Assembly (NCBI RefSeq): GCF_009834535.1 | Contig: NC_045698.1 | Location: forward strand, 6,698,001-6,762,000 | From: Camelus ferus | Taxonomy: Eukaryota | Direction: 5' to 3' | DNA: 64,000 bases | Shown: positions 1-12,527 of the stretch, one piece after another | Layout: the number at the start of each line of letters is the position of its first letter | Numbering within the stretch: the stretch's first letter is position 1 | Program-made: the position numbers and the translations under genes | The notes under the pieces: generated by a model | What the model was told of the DNA's origin: nothing | Databases searched by the model: none | The model's input: the letters and a program-made list of their open reading frames with translations, nothing else

Positions 1-64
1 ATGGCAAGTCCAAACCTGCATTAAAGTCTGTGCACTTCCACCAGTAACTGAAGAGACTCTAAGA

Positions 65-159
65 GGGGAGGGTATAGCTTAGTGGTAGTGTGTGCTTAGC
101 ATGCACGAGGTCCTGGGTTCAATCCCCAGTACCTCTATTAAAATACATACATACATACA

Positions 160-193
<34 letters not shown>

Positions 194-248
194 CATACAT
201 ACAAACATAATTACCTCCCCACCAAAATAAATTTTTTTTAATTTAAAA
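65..248 (+). mobile_element. tRNA-Ala-derived SINE (camelid vic-1 type) with internal (TACA)n
   Basis: Head GGGGAGGGTATAGCTTAGTGGTAG...CTTAGCAT (AGC anticodon)...GGTTCAATCCC carries A and B boxes. It is followed by (TACA)n, an AATTACCTCCCC segment and an A/T-rich tail. Flanking repeat AGACTCTA at 54-61 and 249-256. Confidence 0.92.
144..203. repeat. (TACA)n microsatellite inside the SINE
   Basis: Near-perfect tetranucleotide run, directly visible. Confidence 0.97.
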
Positions 249-3200
249 AGACTCTAGACTACAGATCATTGGGGGTGAACTCATAGGCTGGTTTTACAGG
301 CCACAAAGGCGCCCACTCCAAGGGCCAGGCAGGCCGGCGTTCCGTGCACAGGGCCTCTGTTCCCGAGCCAAATTGTGTCATGATGCTTCAGGGCCCTTCT
401 GTGGATCACAAGCTTGCTGGTGACAGGAAGGATCAGAGCTGATTGTTTTGGCAAAAAGAATGATCACTGTCTGGGTTGCAGGTGGAGGACAGAGAAAAGT
501 CAGTGTAGAATTTATTAAAAGAAAAAAACAGACTAAATGGAACCCACGTTCTTTTGAGGGGTCTCCGGGATTCAGGGCAATTCTTTTCTTTCTGTGTCCC
601 TTCTTCACGTTGACCCCAAACCAACTCACCAATGGAGCTGGGCATTCTGATAGAGGAAACATATCTGGGTGACACTTTGGAGAATTATGGAACGAGGTCT
701 GCACCTTGCTGAGTTTCTCGTCTCATCTATACTTACTGGCTGAGAGGTCTTGATTCCCTTCCCTCTTGAGAGAAAAGAGCAAAGTAACTGGCTGCCAGAA
801 GACAAACTGAGATTCTTCTGCAAGATTATCAAGGAACTCAGGGTCACAGAGCTCAAAAGAAGAATGTTTTCTGGTCTCTTTCCCAAACTCACTTCCAAAG
901 CCTGCACTAGTCCCCCCGCCAACCAAAACAAACAAATCAAGTACACTTTACATTGTGTTCCAACCTGGAGTGAGTGATCTGCTGTTTTTATTTTCATTAT
1001 ATGAGAAAAAAAAAAGTCCCTTTTCAATACTGCGCAGATACTGGGAAGGACCCTTCTTCCTATCCAAAACTTAGGGTCTGTTACTCTATTCTCATCACCA
1101 TTTGGGGCAAGTCACTCTTCCCTCCAGCCATGGTGTAAGTTCAAAGCATTGATTTCCTTGAGCCAACCTCAATAAGCAATTAATTCATGGACAGACACTT
1201 TTTAAAAATGTCTTCAAGGTATTTTACTTGACAGGGTATCTGATCAGTACAAAGACTGATGATTTCCCTCTAACATCCTAACTGATTTAGAGCTTCAGCA
1301 ACTAAACTCCAAGCATCTGTATTTGCTCCGTGGAGTGGACCCTACTGCACAGACGGCTGGGCTCAGGGATGAGTGGGGTGTGGGACATCCAGAGGCCGTT
1401 CTGCAGACACCATCTCTGGGACGCATCCTCTAAACGTCCCCCAGTGAACCATTCACCACGGGATTTCCTCTGTACCACGAGAAACCTCAAGGAGACAGAA
1501 ACCCAGCAGGTGGGCCTGGAGAAATTGTTCAAAGTTAAATAACGTTTGCAGGCATCAGCTTTCAAGTGAATGAATCTTTGCAGTTCTTACTTGCCAGCTT
1601 GCAGTTTCCTGAATGATTTCTTTTCACGAGCTGGCGATAGGACCTAGGAATTCCATCACTGCTGGCAGACAGAGAGTACATTTGGCTCCAGGCCTGACTT
1701 AGGAGTCTGCTTGGAAAGACTTGATGGCCAATAGGCGCTGCCTGGATGAGATCTCCAACCTTCCGTCTCCACCCGGCTCCAGCCCCACCCCGACCACTGC
1801 ACAGTTTCAAGAGAAGCATTTACACTGGTTTCTGTTGTGCTGCGTGTTCTGTGTTAAAAAGTGGGGGTATATAGGTAGGTGAGAAATACTTTTAACTCAA
1901 GCACCTGAGTTCAGGTGCCCTCGCCTTCCTGGCACCAGCTTTGTGACCAGGGGCCAAGGCAGCAAGAATTCAAGGTGGAGAGGAGGGAGGGCTTTGAGAG
2001 GCATCGCTCCAAGGCTTCCCATCTCTTCCGCCATAAGACAAGGGGGAAGAATGGAGAGGTCTCCCACTGACTTCTCACAAGGGAGTCTCTCCTCCAGCAG
2101 AGTCACCTGATAAGCAGGTGTGTGCTTTTCCGAGCTTGAGAGCAGCAGCCAATGTGGAACAGATGCTGGGATGGAACCAAGCAGCCATCACATTCCCGCC
2201 ACCCTTGTAACTGACCTGGGTGAGGTCTGACCTCTATGAGCCAACACGCAGCAGCCCAGAACAAGACGGAGCAAAAGAGCATGTCCATCTCTGACACCTA
2301 TGCTATCACGTCATCCAGCGGCAGCTCTGCAACCCCAGAGCCAAGAGCCAGGCCTGGAGATGCCGCTGCCTGGACAAAACCTGGCAAGCCCCTTTCACAC
2401 GGGGGAGGGCACTGAAACAAGACAGGAAGGGCAAGAGAGTGACCGGGTCTTGACAGAAAGTAAAGGGTCAACCAGAAGTTTTGAGCTCAGCTTGGCTCAA
2501 AACTTTGTGGTGACAGAGGAACGCGATACTTAAAAGGCAGCTGGATTAGCAAGGAAACTGACCAGGAGAGGGTCAGGATAAGGAGGGAGAAGAGGAGAAT
2601 TCCTCTAATAGGGGGAGGGGGGTAGGTTATCAAAGGATATTCGAGAAGCAGCCCCATCAGAAAGGACAGGAAACCGCACTTCAGCACTCGCCTTTTCATA
2701 CAGGACATCTGGTCACCTTACCGTGGGCAACAGCTCAACATCTGGGGGCTGGACCCAGCTCTGTAAAATACGTCTTTCCTCTATATTTACAGCCCAGAAA
2801 TATTAACCTTAAATAAATAAAATGCCCAACTTTAACTCCTAGCTCAAACTTTAAAGGCGTTTTTCTTCACTGACATGTTGCCAAAGATCTTCCAAGTTTA
2901 AACTTCAGAACAAGGACAGGAGGAAGGGAGGGGCCAGCAGACAGAAGGGCCTGCAAAATGAGCCCTCCAGGCTGTGAAATGAACATTCCAGGCTCTTCCC
3001 TGTGTTCCAGATGGCAAGAATGAAGGCAGGGTCCTATACATTTTAGAGTGTCCAAAATCAATATTCAAGGATGATACCTGGATGCTTTCCAGAAAAGGAA
3101 ATAGGTAGAAAAGAGTAAGAAATCATCTAAATGGGGGGCCTAATACACCTTTCCCACTTAGGACTACGTCTTCACATAACCTTGTACGTAACACTCCAGC

Positions 3201-4924
3201 TATTATGATCAACTCCACCTATCAGGTCCAATACAAATCCACAATTATCCTAAAAGAGGCCTTAAAACAAGGGGAAAGGACACCGTTTTATTTTTCCCTG
3301 TGTTTTCAAAACTAAACATCTGTCCTGGCAACGAGGAAATTTATCTAATCGTGAAACCAGTCAGTCTGTTTAACTGAAAGCCACACTAGTTATCCTTAAA
3401 GGACGGAGAACGTTAGCTCATTGAAAACGAGAGAAAACCACCACCAAAAGCAACCTCCTAAGCAGGATTTTATTGGCCAATTAAAACCATCAACAGTGAC
3501 ATCAAAATATAAATGTCACCCACTCCTTTGCCGTCTAATAAGCCAAAGGAAATATTAATGCAATCTCATAAACAACTCCTTACCACTCACTGAGGGTGAG
3601 TAATAATTTAGGGCTGGTAATAGAAAAACGTGGTCATTTTATAAATTTTACTCCTAATTTGTGTAGGTTAGGCTGCAAGTTTGGGAGGAGGCAGATTCAG
3701 ACCAGGCTAGTCAGAAATGATGCTGGCAAAAGGTCGATAAAGCTATTACACTAGGATTTAAACCTCTTGTCAATCTCATTTTTTGCATCCAACTACTACA
3801 AGGGCTGAAGAAATGAGACGTTGTTAAAAAATGCTTGCCTGAAACATCACGGAGCTGGGTAGAAATACTTCATCACTAATGGAGATACGCTACTGGCGGA
3901 TCTCAGACAGCTCTCAAAAGCCACGCCTGGTGTATTTGGAGCTCGGACCGTCTGTGCCAAAGTAAACACTCTCATGGAAAGTCACCATGCGGAAACCAAC
4001 TGGTGTGGGGAGAGTAAGGTGCCCGAGAGGGAGCTGAGGAGGCCTGGAGGCAGGAGGCAGAGCGGATTTTAATGCACTAAACAGACGGAAGTCGCCATAA
4101 ACAAGAGGAAAGAGCTAAAGACACTTCCTTCCACCCAGAGACAACAGTCGAAGGGCAAGGGAATTACAGGAAAATTCGTATATATTTCTACCCATAACCG
4201 AACTTCAGCTGTGCTTTCAGTGCAAAATCTGTCAAAGCAGAACGCAAAGAGCTAGAAGTGATTCCATGACTCTTCTTCTAACGGGGAGAGAAAGCACTCC
4301 GCCCTTTAAGTATTCGGGCTCTGGGCATTTAAAGCTCTGCATTCTGCCACTGGGTCTGGCTGTTAGAAGTGACCTGCCCACCAGCTGAAGCAAATGCTCT
4401 GCTAAATGGGCACAGAGGCCGGCAGTGTGCACTTTTCTCCATCCCAGGAAAGCAGCATCCTTTGGTGAACGAGCTGTCCAGACCCCACAGCTCTAATGAG
4501 ACCCGCAGATTGTGTGTTTTCCAAGATCTGCACCTGACCCCGACCCCTGTCCAGAGCAATGCTGATGCACCAACAAAAGCTGGTAGAAGAGGAGCATCGT
4601 CTGACAAACGACTGGGACTCGGGGTGGAGCAAACACCGAGCAGCCAGCGTGGCTGCTGGCTTTTGATTTGACTCAGTTTCATGGTCTCATCTGAAAACAA
4701 CCTGGGTCTGTTTGTTTTCACGATAGAGATCACAGCTCTGACAGACTTCCCAGGAAGGGCCGCCGCATCAAAGAAACCCTGCTCATCCTGGCATCCGGTG
4801 GCCTCAGCCCTACGCTTTGTGAAAATCACGGAAACACAGAACACAGTCCCCCATGAACGCAGCAGGATCTGTTTAGGCCATGGGCAGCCTAACCAACTCT
4901 AAACTAGAGATTACGCCCCAGATT

Positions 4925-5352
4925 TCTTTTATTTTAAAACACCTTTTATGAGGTATAGGTTACCTACCGTAACACCTACGCACCTCAAGTGTACAATTCG
5001 GTGATCTTCGGCAAATGTGCAGAGTTGTGTGCCTGTCTCCACAATTCAGTCTTAGAACATTTCCGTCGTCCAGAAAGGCCCCACCTGCCCATCTGCAGTC
5101 GCTTCCAGGCACCAGCACCAGCCCCAGGCAACCACGAAGCTGCTTTCTGTCTTCATGGGTTTACCATTTCTAGACATTTCTTACATAAATGGAATCATAA
5201 GATATGTGGTCTTTTGTAACTGTCTTCTTTCACTAAGCATAATGTTTTAAAGTTCACACACATCACAGGCTTTATCAAGCGTCCACTCATTTGATTGCTG
5301 AATAATGGTCCATTGTATGGCCAGACCACATTTTGTTTATCCGCTCATCTGT
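4925..5352 (-). mobile_element. LINE-1 3' UTR fragment (L1MB-like)
   Basis: Typical reverse-complement L1MB 3' text: AAGTGTACAATTC...CCCCAGGCAACCAC...AAATGGAATCATA...CTTCTTTCACTAAGCATAATGTTTT. Confidence 0.88.
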
Positions 5353-5924
5353 TTCAGCTTATTAAATCTATAAATCCAACTAAGTGACAAGGCTTATTGG
5401 CCTAATCTCAGAAATAAAATAAGAAAGACTTCTATCATTCTAAAATAGCCTAGAATTTCTAAAAATCTCTGTAATGTGTGAAAATACGTAATGATACAAT
5501 ACATTCCCCAGAATTTGTGTGCCAGTGGGTGGGGGGGATTCAATTTTAAGTAAGTAAACATCCCTGCAGTGCACTTTTTTAATGTTTTAATATATATAAA
5601 CTATTTCAATACACTTCAAGTGCTTTCTGCTAATCTCCAAGTCCAGCAAGGTCATCCCCTCACTGAACAAGCTTTCACAACGGGACAAGCAGCCCTGTAT
5701 TAGGAGAGATGAAGTACACGGTCCTCGGCTCACAAAGACATCTGTATTTCAGGACTGTGGTAACAGATCAGTTTGAGAGTATTGGAAACATTTTCTCCAT
5801 TTGTATAAAGACTATAAACTGTATTTAGCATCCATGGTTAGCTCCCAAAGGCTCGTTTAAGCCACAGTCTTTTTCCAGGACACTACACTGTGGTCTGTCC
5901 TCTTTGTACACTACACGAGGGCCT

Positions 5925-6330
5925 TTACTGATTCGTTCACTCATCCACCACATATGAACCGAGAGCAGCCTGTGTGCCAAGTGCCGTTCTAGGCGCGGGA
6001 GATTGACCAATGGCAGAGTCCGTCTCCCAAGCTTACAGTCTCTACTGGGGAAAGACTTTAAAAAATACAGTGTGTTGGTCTGACGCAAAATGCTACCAAG
6101 GGAAAAAGAGGAGGCTGAGGAAGAGAGGAAATAGGGAGGGGATGCTGTCTTAGCGTGACTTGGAGGAAAGAGGGCAGGGATGCTGTCTTAGTGTGATGCT
6201 GAAGAAGGGATATTTGAGCAAAAGCCCTCAAAGCAGCAAGATCTGGAAGTCGTGAGCCTTCAAGCAAAATGCAGAAGGAAGAGAACAGGCAAGGGCTTGG
6301 AAAGGAGGCTGGAGGGGCTGGAGCCAGGAG
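5925..6330 (-). mobile_element. LINE-2 3' fragment
   Basis: ATTCGTTCACTCATCC...TGTGTGCCAAGTGCCGTTCTAGG...AGCTTACAGTCT matches the reverse complement of the L2 3' end. Confidence 0.72.
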
Positions 6331-6799
6331 GGAGGGACAGCAGCAGCGCCAAGTGCAGTCAGGGAGCCAAGGTCAACAGGACTCCCCCAGTTTCCCAGCC
6401 TCAGGAGCACATCCTGCCCCACCCCCACAGCCAGAATGGCTTCTGTCCCGCTGCAGGGTCCTGGCCCCCGGGCCGGTCCTAAGCAGCAGCCGTCTGACAA
6501 GCTTTGGACCCTCACTCGCAGGCAGCTAGTCCTGCTTGCTTGGTTCTGTCACTGCATCCAAACAGCTCCCTCAACCTGATCTCCTGGTCAGAACTTAGTT
6601 CAAGGGATGTGTTTTGTGTTGTCATTCCTGAGCCCCTACCTTGGTAACCAACATCCTCACCACTCTCGTCACGAGAGTCCTATCCAGCTTCCCAACTCCA
6701 CCTTCCCTTTTCTCTTCTGGAGGACCTGCTTCTGGGAGGACCCACAGAGGCGATGCGGGCACGTGGCCATCTCCAAGGCCATCCACACACTGCCCCCTC

Positions 6800-7242
6800 A
6801 AGCTCTGTGCAGGGCCCCCACAGGACCTCTATCCAACAGCCCTGAATCACGCAGGGACGGTCACGCCACTGTCAGCGCTGCTGCCTTCACCACCCACTCC
6901 AGCTGTCCTGGAATCCGTCCACCGCCACCGCCACCGCCATCTCTCCAGCACAGCAGGCCGGCCTGTCCCCTGGGGACCCCTCCCTCGCCAGAGCCTGCTT
7001 CCCTGGAGGCTGAGGCTTCTCCCGCCTGCCCCGCCCCATTAGACGAGCAGCTCTGTGAAAGCCCAGTTTTCTGGCACTTATTCTACCCAGCTTCCCCAGA
7101 ACAACTCTCCCAAAGTCAAGTCCACAGCCAGCACACAAGGGAACTGACACGACAGGCGTCTCAGAAGCAAGCTCTTCCTCAGTTCCTACTTGTACATCAC
7201 CTGGCATGAGCAATGGCTTAATGACAGTGTCTACTGAACAAA
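6800..7242 (+). mobile_element. Degenerate LINE-2 3' fragment (tentative)
   Basis: ATTAGACGAGCAGCTCTGTGAAAG and CACCTGGCATGAGCAATGGCTTAAT...CTGAACAAA loosely resemble the L2 3' end. Confidence 0.4.
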
Positions 7243-7695
7243 GAAGTTTCACATCCAGAGCAATTATTTTTGCTTTATGCCACCAGTTACAAACAGTGTT
7301 CTCAGCTTCCCAATCGGTAAAGTTTTACTGCAGATCTAAATCTCGGCCCTGTAAGAGGAATCACAGAAGCCAGCTGGGATTCTAAAACCCATTTGGCTGC
7401 AGGACGTCCAGCCATAAATGTCCCTGGCCTCCGTTCGGAGCACTCTCTTGGCACAGCGTGTTGGAGGAGTCCTGGCAGCGGGTCAGCTGCATCCTTGGTG
7501 GCTGGCTGAGCACAGCTTCAGAAGCCCTCTCCAAGATGTATCACATCCCCAGGTTTTGTTTTTTTTTTTTACAGAAAGGGAAGTTCTTTGTATGGAATTG
7601 AATTTGGAGTCAATTTGTGAGGAACGTACCTCTTCCAAGAAATTTTAGCCGTTTGATGATTTTGCAGACAATTCACGGGAAACGGCTTAGCAGAA

Positions 7696-7726
<31 letters not shown>

Positions 7727-8878
7727 GGCTCTGCTTTTCTCTGCATGGGCACATGATACATCATTGCCAAATGTTGGGTGAATTTGAACTGACTGAAAGA
7801 GGGTCTATTTCCTGTGCACAATTTGCCCTTGCTCAATCCTGACTGTCACTTGCCTAGAACTTATTTAATTTCACATCTCAGCAAATACAGTTTTATTTCT
7901 GCAGGAGAACTGTCTTCTGATAGCATCAGTCTTCTGGTTATTTATCATACATATCTGTAATTGAATTACCTATTGCAGTAATGTGATCTACTCCCAAATG
8001 TACATGAAAATGCAACATAAAATAAAATTGTTCCAATGTGTACCTCCCCATTCTGCTACAGGAACCCTAGGGAAGCCAATCCCACAGAGATACGGTGACA
8101 AGTAATGAAGGACAGATGGGAAGATAAAGATTAGTGAGTTCATAGCCTTTCAGAAATAAAAGCAATTCACTCTCTAAAACTTTATATTCTTTTAAAATGC
8201 AGTGTTCTTCAATACTAATCAGGAAACCAATTCCAGTATACGTGAGGAAAAAAGAGTAAAGAACCATTTAATTTTTTCCAAATGCAGCAATACTATCCTA
8301 ATACATTTTAAAACTTAGGAAACAGAAGTTAAGTGCTCATCTTTGCTCCTGTCAAATAACCATTAATCCTGGACAATAAAAGAGGTAAAGAAAAAGAAAA
8401 AGAAAAAGACAACAGCAACTCCTTTGAGAAGAGTTTCTGTTTTCTTGAGCCCATGGTTGGGTTAATCCTATTTTAAATGTCTTGCCCCAGGGAAATATAA
8501 CTTGTCTTTGAAGTTGCTTCAGAATACTATGAAATTCAGAGTCAAGTTTCCTTAGCTCTAGAACTTTTAGATGACAAAGATTAACTGTGTCAATACCAGT
8601 ACATTATAATAAATTACTTATTACACACAACCTTTTCTTGGATCAAGTTTTTGTTTGCTTTGCTCCGTTTGGCTTAAATCCTGAATCAAAACTACTTTAT
8701 CTATGTATTTTCTAGCTTACTTTAATTTTTCTCTTCTTTTCTTGCCATTAGAAATTGATTCTATATATCTAGATAACAAGAACCTGATAAAGTCATCAAA
8801 GAAATCGGTGATGTATTTATCAAGCACATCAAAAGTTGCTTTTTCAAACTGCTTCCCGATGAGTTAGCTACTCCTCAC

Positions 8879-8970
8879 CTGTTGAATTTATCTCGATGAT
8901 GCTACCAATTTGTGCAGGAATTAAGAGACAGCAGATTGCCCCCTATCTACAGCAGATCATGTCTACAAGG
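8879..8970 (-). other. Candidate non-coding cassette exon of the minus-strand gene
   Basis: Minus strand: pyrimidine tract TTTCTGTTTTTTGTCACTCTGATTGCTAG (alternative AG 8 nt further on) and donor CAG|GTGAGG at 8878. Motif evidence only. Confidence 0.28.
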
Positions 8971-9941
8971 CTAGCAATCAGAGTGACAAAAAACAGAAAT
9001 TTTCAACAAAACTTCTGCACCTCAGTTTTAAAAGGTTGCTGCAGACATATGTGAAAATGTCTATGTTACCAACAACAGTACACAAAGACAGTATAAACAA
9101 CTTAAAGTCCATATACGTACTCATTTTAGGACTCAAGAAAATAGTTCACTTTCTTTGTATAAATGTGCAAATAGATGAGTGTGGGCAGAAATGCACAAGG
9201 TCCCACACTACACACTTTGTACCTTTGTGTAACTCAATTTGTTAGACACCATAATTTACATTTTAAAAATTATTTAACACTAAACATAAAAACATAAAAA
9301 TTTGTCACCTTGTGGTTATAATTATATCCTAAGCAATTTGTCTAAGTAGCTATAGCAACAATTTTAGAAACATTTTAAAATACAAATATGGTATAATTTT
9401 AGAGTCAAGAATTATGGAGGATTTACTGCAGGATGTGGCTACTTCTCTCAAACACTTGTGCATAGACTACTACAAAAATGGATTCCTTGACTCTATTTTA
9501 AACTAATTAACTTGTTCTGTGTCGCAAACCATAGGATTTGTAACCCAAACCTCTTCTTAGGATTAGTTCTAATCTTAGTGAACTCTAGAGTTCATGATTA
9601 CTTGTGTATGTAATGGAACACCTTTAGACCTTCGGCTGGACATTTAACGAAGTTCTGTTTCCCCCTCACCCACTTCCAGGTGTGTGTATCAGAAGCAAAG
9701 CCTCAATTTCAGTGACTTTACAACAACAACAAAAATGGACATTTGGAATCATTCAAAGTCACCACCAACTTAATAAAAACAATGTAATGGTCCCGTTAAG
9801 CAGCTCTCTCTAGTATCAGGAGCATATGACAGAGTCCCAAGGAGCTGACATCTGTTATCTGGAGCATTTAGCGTGCAGTACAGAGAGAAGTTTGTTGTGT
9901 TTAACACCACATCTCTGATCAACAGTCTGAAGTGAAGCAAG

Positions 9942-10148
9942 GGGGAGGGCGTAGCTCAGTGGTAGAGCTGGTGCTCAGCCTACCCAAGGTCCTGGGTTAA
10001 ATCCCCAGCACCTCCGTTAAAAGATAAATAAATAAATAACTGAATTACCTCCCCACCTCCTGCTACAAAAAAAACAAAAACAAACAAACAAACAAAACCC
10101 CAAAACTGTACTCTTCAAAGTACACACAGTTAAAAACAAATTAAAAGA
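9942..10148 (+). mobile_element. tRNA-derived SINE (vic-1 type)
   Basis: Head GGGGAGGGCGTAGCTCAGTGGTAGAG...GGGTTAAATCCCCAG, then (TAAA)n, AATTACCTCCCC and an A-rich tail. Perfect 12-bp TSD AAGTGAAGCAAG at 9930-9941 and 10149-10160. Confidence 0.93.
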
Positions 10149-11574
10149 AAGTGAAGCAAGATTTCTTGCTGCAAAGCGTGGATGGAAATTCAGAAGCTCT
10201 ACAAACTCTCCAAAACTTAAGCAAAAGTTTACGTGAACGTGGGGATAGTCACCTTGCTCCCACAGCCGACTTCTGTACCTTTCTATACTATCCAGACGTG
10301 GAGAAGAAACAATTTTAAGAGGAAAAGGCACTGAAGAACACAGGTTTATTTTTACCAAGTTCTGAACATCTCAAAAACTTCTTTTGGACAAAAGCAAGCT
10401 TTACCACCCAGGAGACCAAAGTCTTTGCTCTCAGCAGGAACCTCGCAGCTGTTAGCCATTAAAACAACCAAATAAGTTAGTGCAATTTGTAAAAAGCATA
10501 AAATGATTAGCATCATCCATCTTCTCCTTGTTAAGAAAACTACATATCAGCTAAAAGCGTGTAAAAACATGTACAGTTCATCAACCCTGCGGTTCCACGA
10601 GTATGCAAATGATCAGCGTGACCAGGGCAACACGGTGGATGACCTGCTATTTCACGGCAACGTTTTTTCAGGAAAGAAATTCAAGGAAAAAGAAATCTGT
10701 TTCAAGTGACCCAAGTAGTTATATTTTGGACTGCTTTTTCATTTAAGACATACATGGAAAAAAATCTTTTGGGGTACAAAATTCTGTTTCCTTAAAGACA
10801 ACATAGACAAGAAAAGTGATTTAAGTGATACACAACTTAAGGTATTATCTGCTTGAATAAAATGGTGAACTGGCCACTCTAGTGCACGATAAACTTTACC
10901 TTCTCTTCAATAATGAAACTGGCATGAATTAACAATTAATTTAGCAATCCTAATTAGGTATTAAAAATCTTCCCTAGTAAAGTCTGTTTTTGTCTTTCTG
11001 CATCTCCTTAGGAAAGACTAACTCTATAATAATAACATGTCTGTTGTTTCCAAACTTGGCCATCATGACAGAGACCTTCTGGATAAGCTGACTGTGACAT
11101 TCAATTGTTTTCCTTAAAAACAAAATTCAACATAAACCTCAATTTAAAAAAAAAATTTAACAATCATATGTACCTCCTGTCATTTTAAACAATATGCTCT
11201 TGATGAGAACTTTATGTCAGTATTAAACATAATTCACATTATCTTCACTCAATTTTTATTTCTTTTTGAATAAACACAAGGGTCACAGTAGGGAAGACAA
11301 ACTCACAAACAGGAAAAGTTTACAGGGATACGTTTGTCTCTGGAAGGAGTCTATTTAAAGGACTTGAGTTTGGCAACCATCTTTCCGGTCCCTTCTTGTA
11401 ACAAGGCTGACAACTCTCTCTGGTCAAGAGATCAGCTCCCCGGCACCCTCTACCTCTATGAAATTATTGCAAGATCTGCCTGGTCCTGGTGTTTGCTGCC
11501 TAGGACCCCCACCCACTCACCGGCACAGAGCAACTGCTCCTAGCATCCTCTCGCTCCCTTCCAGCGCTCGCTCT

Positions 11575-11592
11575 CAGCGCCCCCTGCCGGGG
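11575..11592 (-). promoter_or_regulatory. Candidate CTCF site
   Basis: Minus strand reads CCCCGGCAGGGGGCGCTG, close to the CTCF core CCAGCAGGGGGCGC. It lies at the island edge. Confidence 0.55.
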
Positions 11593-12340
11593 ATCCCCGG
11601 GACGCCGCAAGCGCAAGAAAGTTAAATCCCAACTCCAAACAGCCGCAACCAGGTACAAAGCAAGGAAAGGGCGAGGAGGTGAACGCGCTTCCCGCCAAAG
11701 CCCGGGGAATCAGGATCTGACTGCGCCGGCCAGGCACGGGGCGCTGCGGGGAGCGATCCCGGGGAGACCCCTACTCGGCAGCGTTTTCCCCGCACATCTT
11801 GGGCGGATCAGTACCCGCCAGGGCCCAGATCTACCTCCGGCTCCGAAACCTTGAGCCAGAGGATGCGAAATCCTGGAGCGGCGGAGAGATGCCCGCAGAA
11901 GGCAATTGGCCTGGCTGCAGCCCACCGGGCAATTGGTTCCCCAGGCCTACACATCCCCAGCCGCGGCGTTAAGGGTGGCCGCCAGCCTCAGTCTCCCTCA
12001 TTAATCAAAGGGCTTGGCGGAGTTGAGCCTAAGTCCCACTACCTCCACGTCTCTCGCGGGCACCGCAAAGCCCCTGTAACTGGACCAGGAGAACCCTGAC
12101 CCAGGCAGCGGCAAAAGGGCTGCTAAGTCCCGGCCACCGGGACCCCTGCCATTCGCTCCCGACAATGGGAGCGGAGACACGCGCCGGGTGCGTGCACAGA
12201 CCTCCACTGCTCATCTTCCGGAGATGTCGGGCAGCGGTCCCCTCTCTCCCACCACCGGGTCGCCCACCGGGTTGCTTCTGCTCCTTATCTCTGCACGCTC
12301 GCCGTCGTTAAAGGCAGACACAAACTTCCTGCCCACTTAC

Positions 12341-12396
12341 AAGCCCCCGCGCTGATGGTAGTCCTAATCCTGTACGTGCAACCCCCTGCCCAGTGC
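12341..12396 (-). other. Candidate 56-bp 5'-UTR exon (or 3' end of an alternative first exon) of the minus-strand gene
   Basis: Acceptor GGATCTTTTTGCAG|G (AG at 12398-12397) and consensus donor CTT|GTAAGT at 12340. The 131-bp upstream intron is rich in G runs. Confidence 0.55.
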
Positions 12397-12527
12397 CTGC
12401 AAAAAGATCCTGCCCGAGATCCACAGACCCACCCGCCGACCACTGCCACCCCCAGGTCCTGGCCCCAACGCGGTTCGGTCGGGGCTGCGGCCACCGCCGC
12501 GCAGGATCAGGACAGGGGGTCGCTCAC

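Noticed and set aside
723..935. Minus-strand ORF with a GTAAGT donor near 736 as a coding exon
   Set aside because: The acceptor lacks a pyrimidine tract, and the peptide is not recognisable.
6607..7209. 200-aa Pro/Ser-rich ORF
   Set aside because: C-rich sequence with a (CCACCG)n run and probable L2 remnant. No domain is recognisable, and ORFs overlap in several frames.
10949..10958. CArG box CCTAATTAGG (others at 15902, 55765 and 60540) as SRF sites
   Set aside because: A few CC(A/T)6GG matches are expected by chance in 64 kb, and one lies inside an L2.
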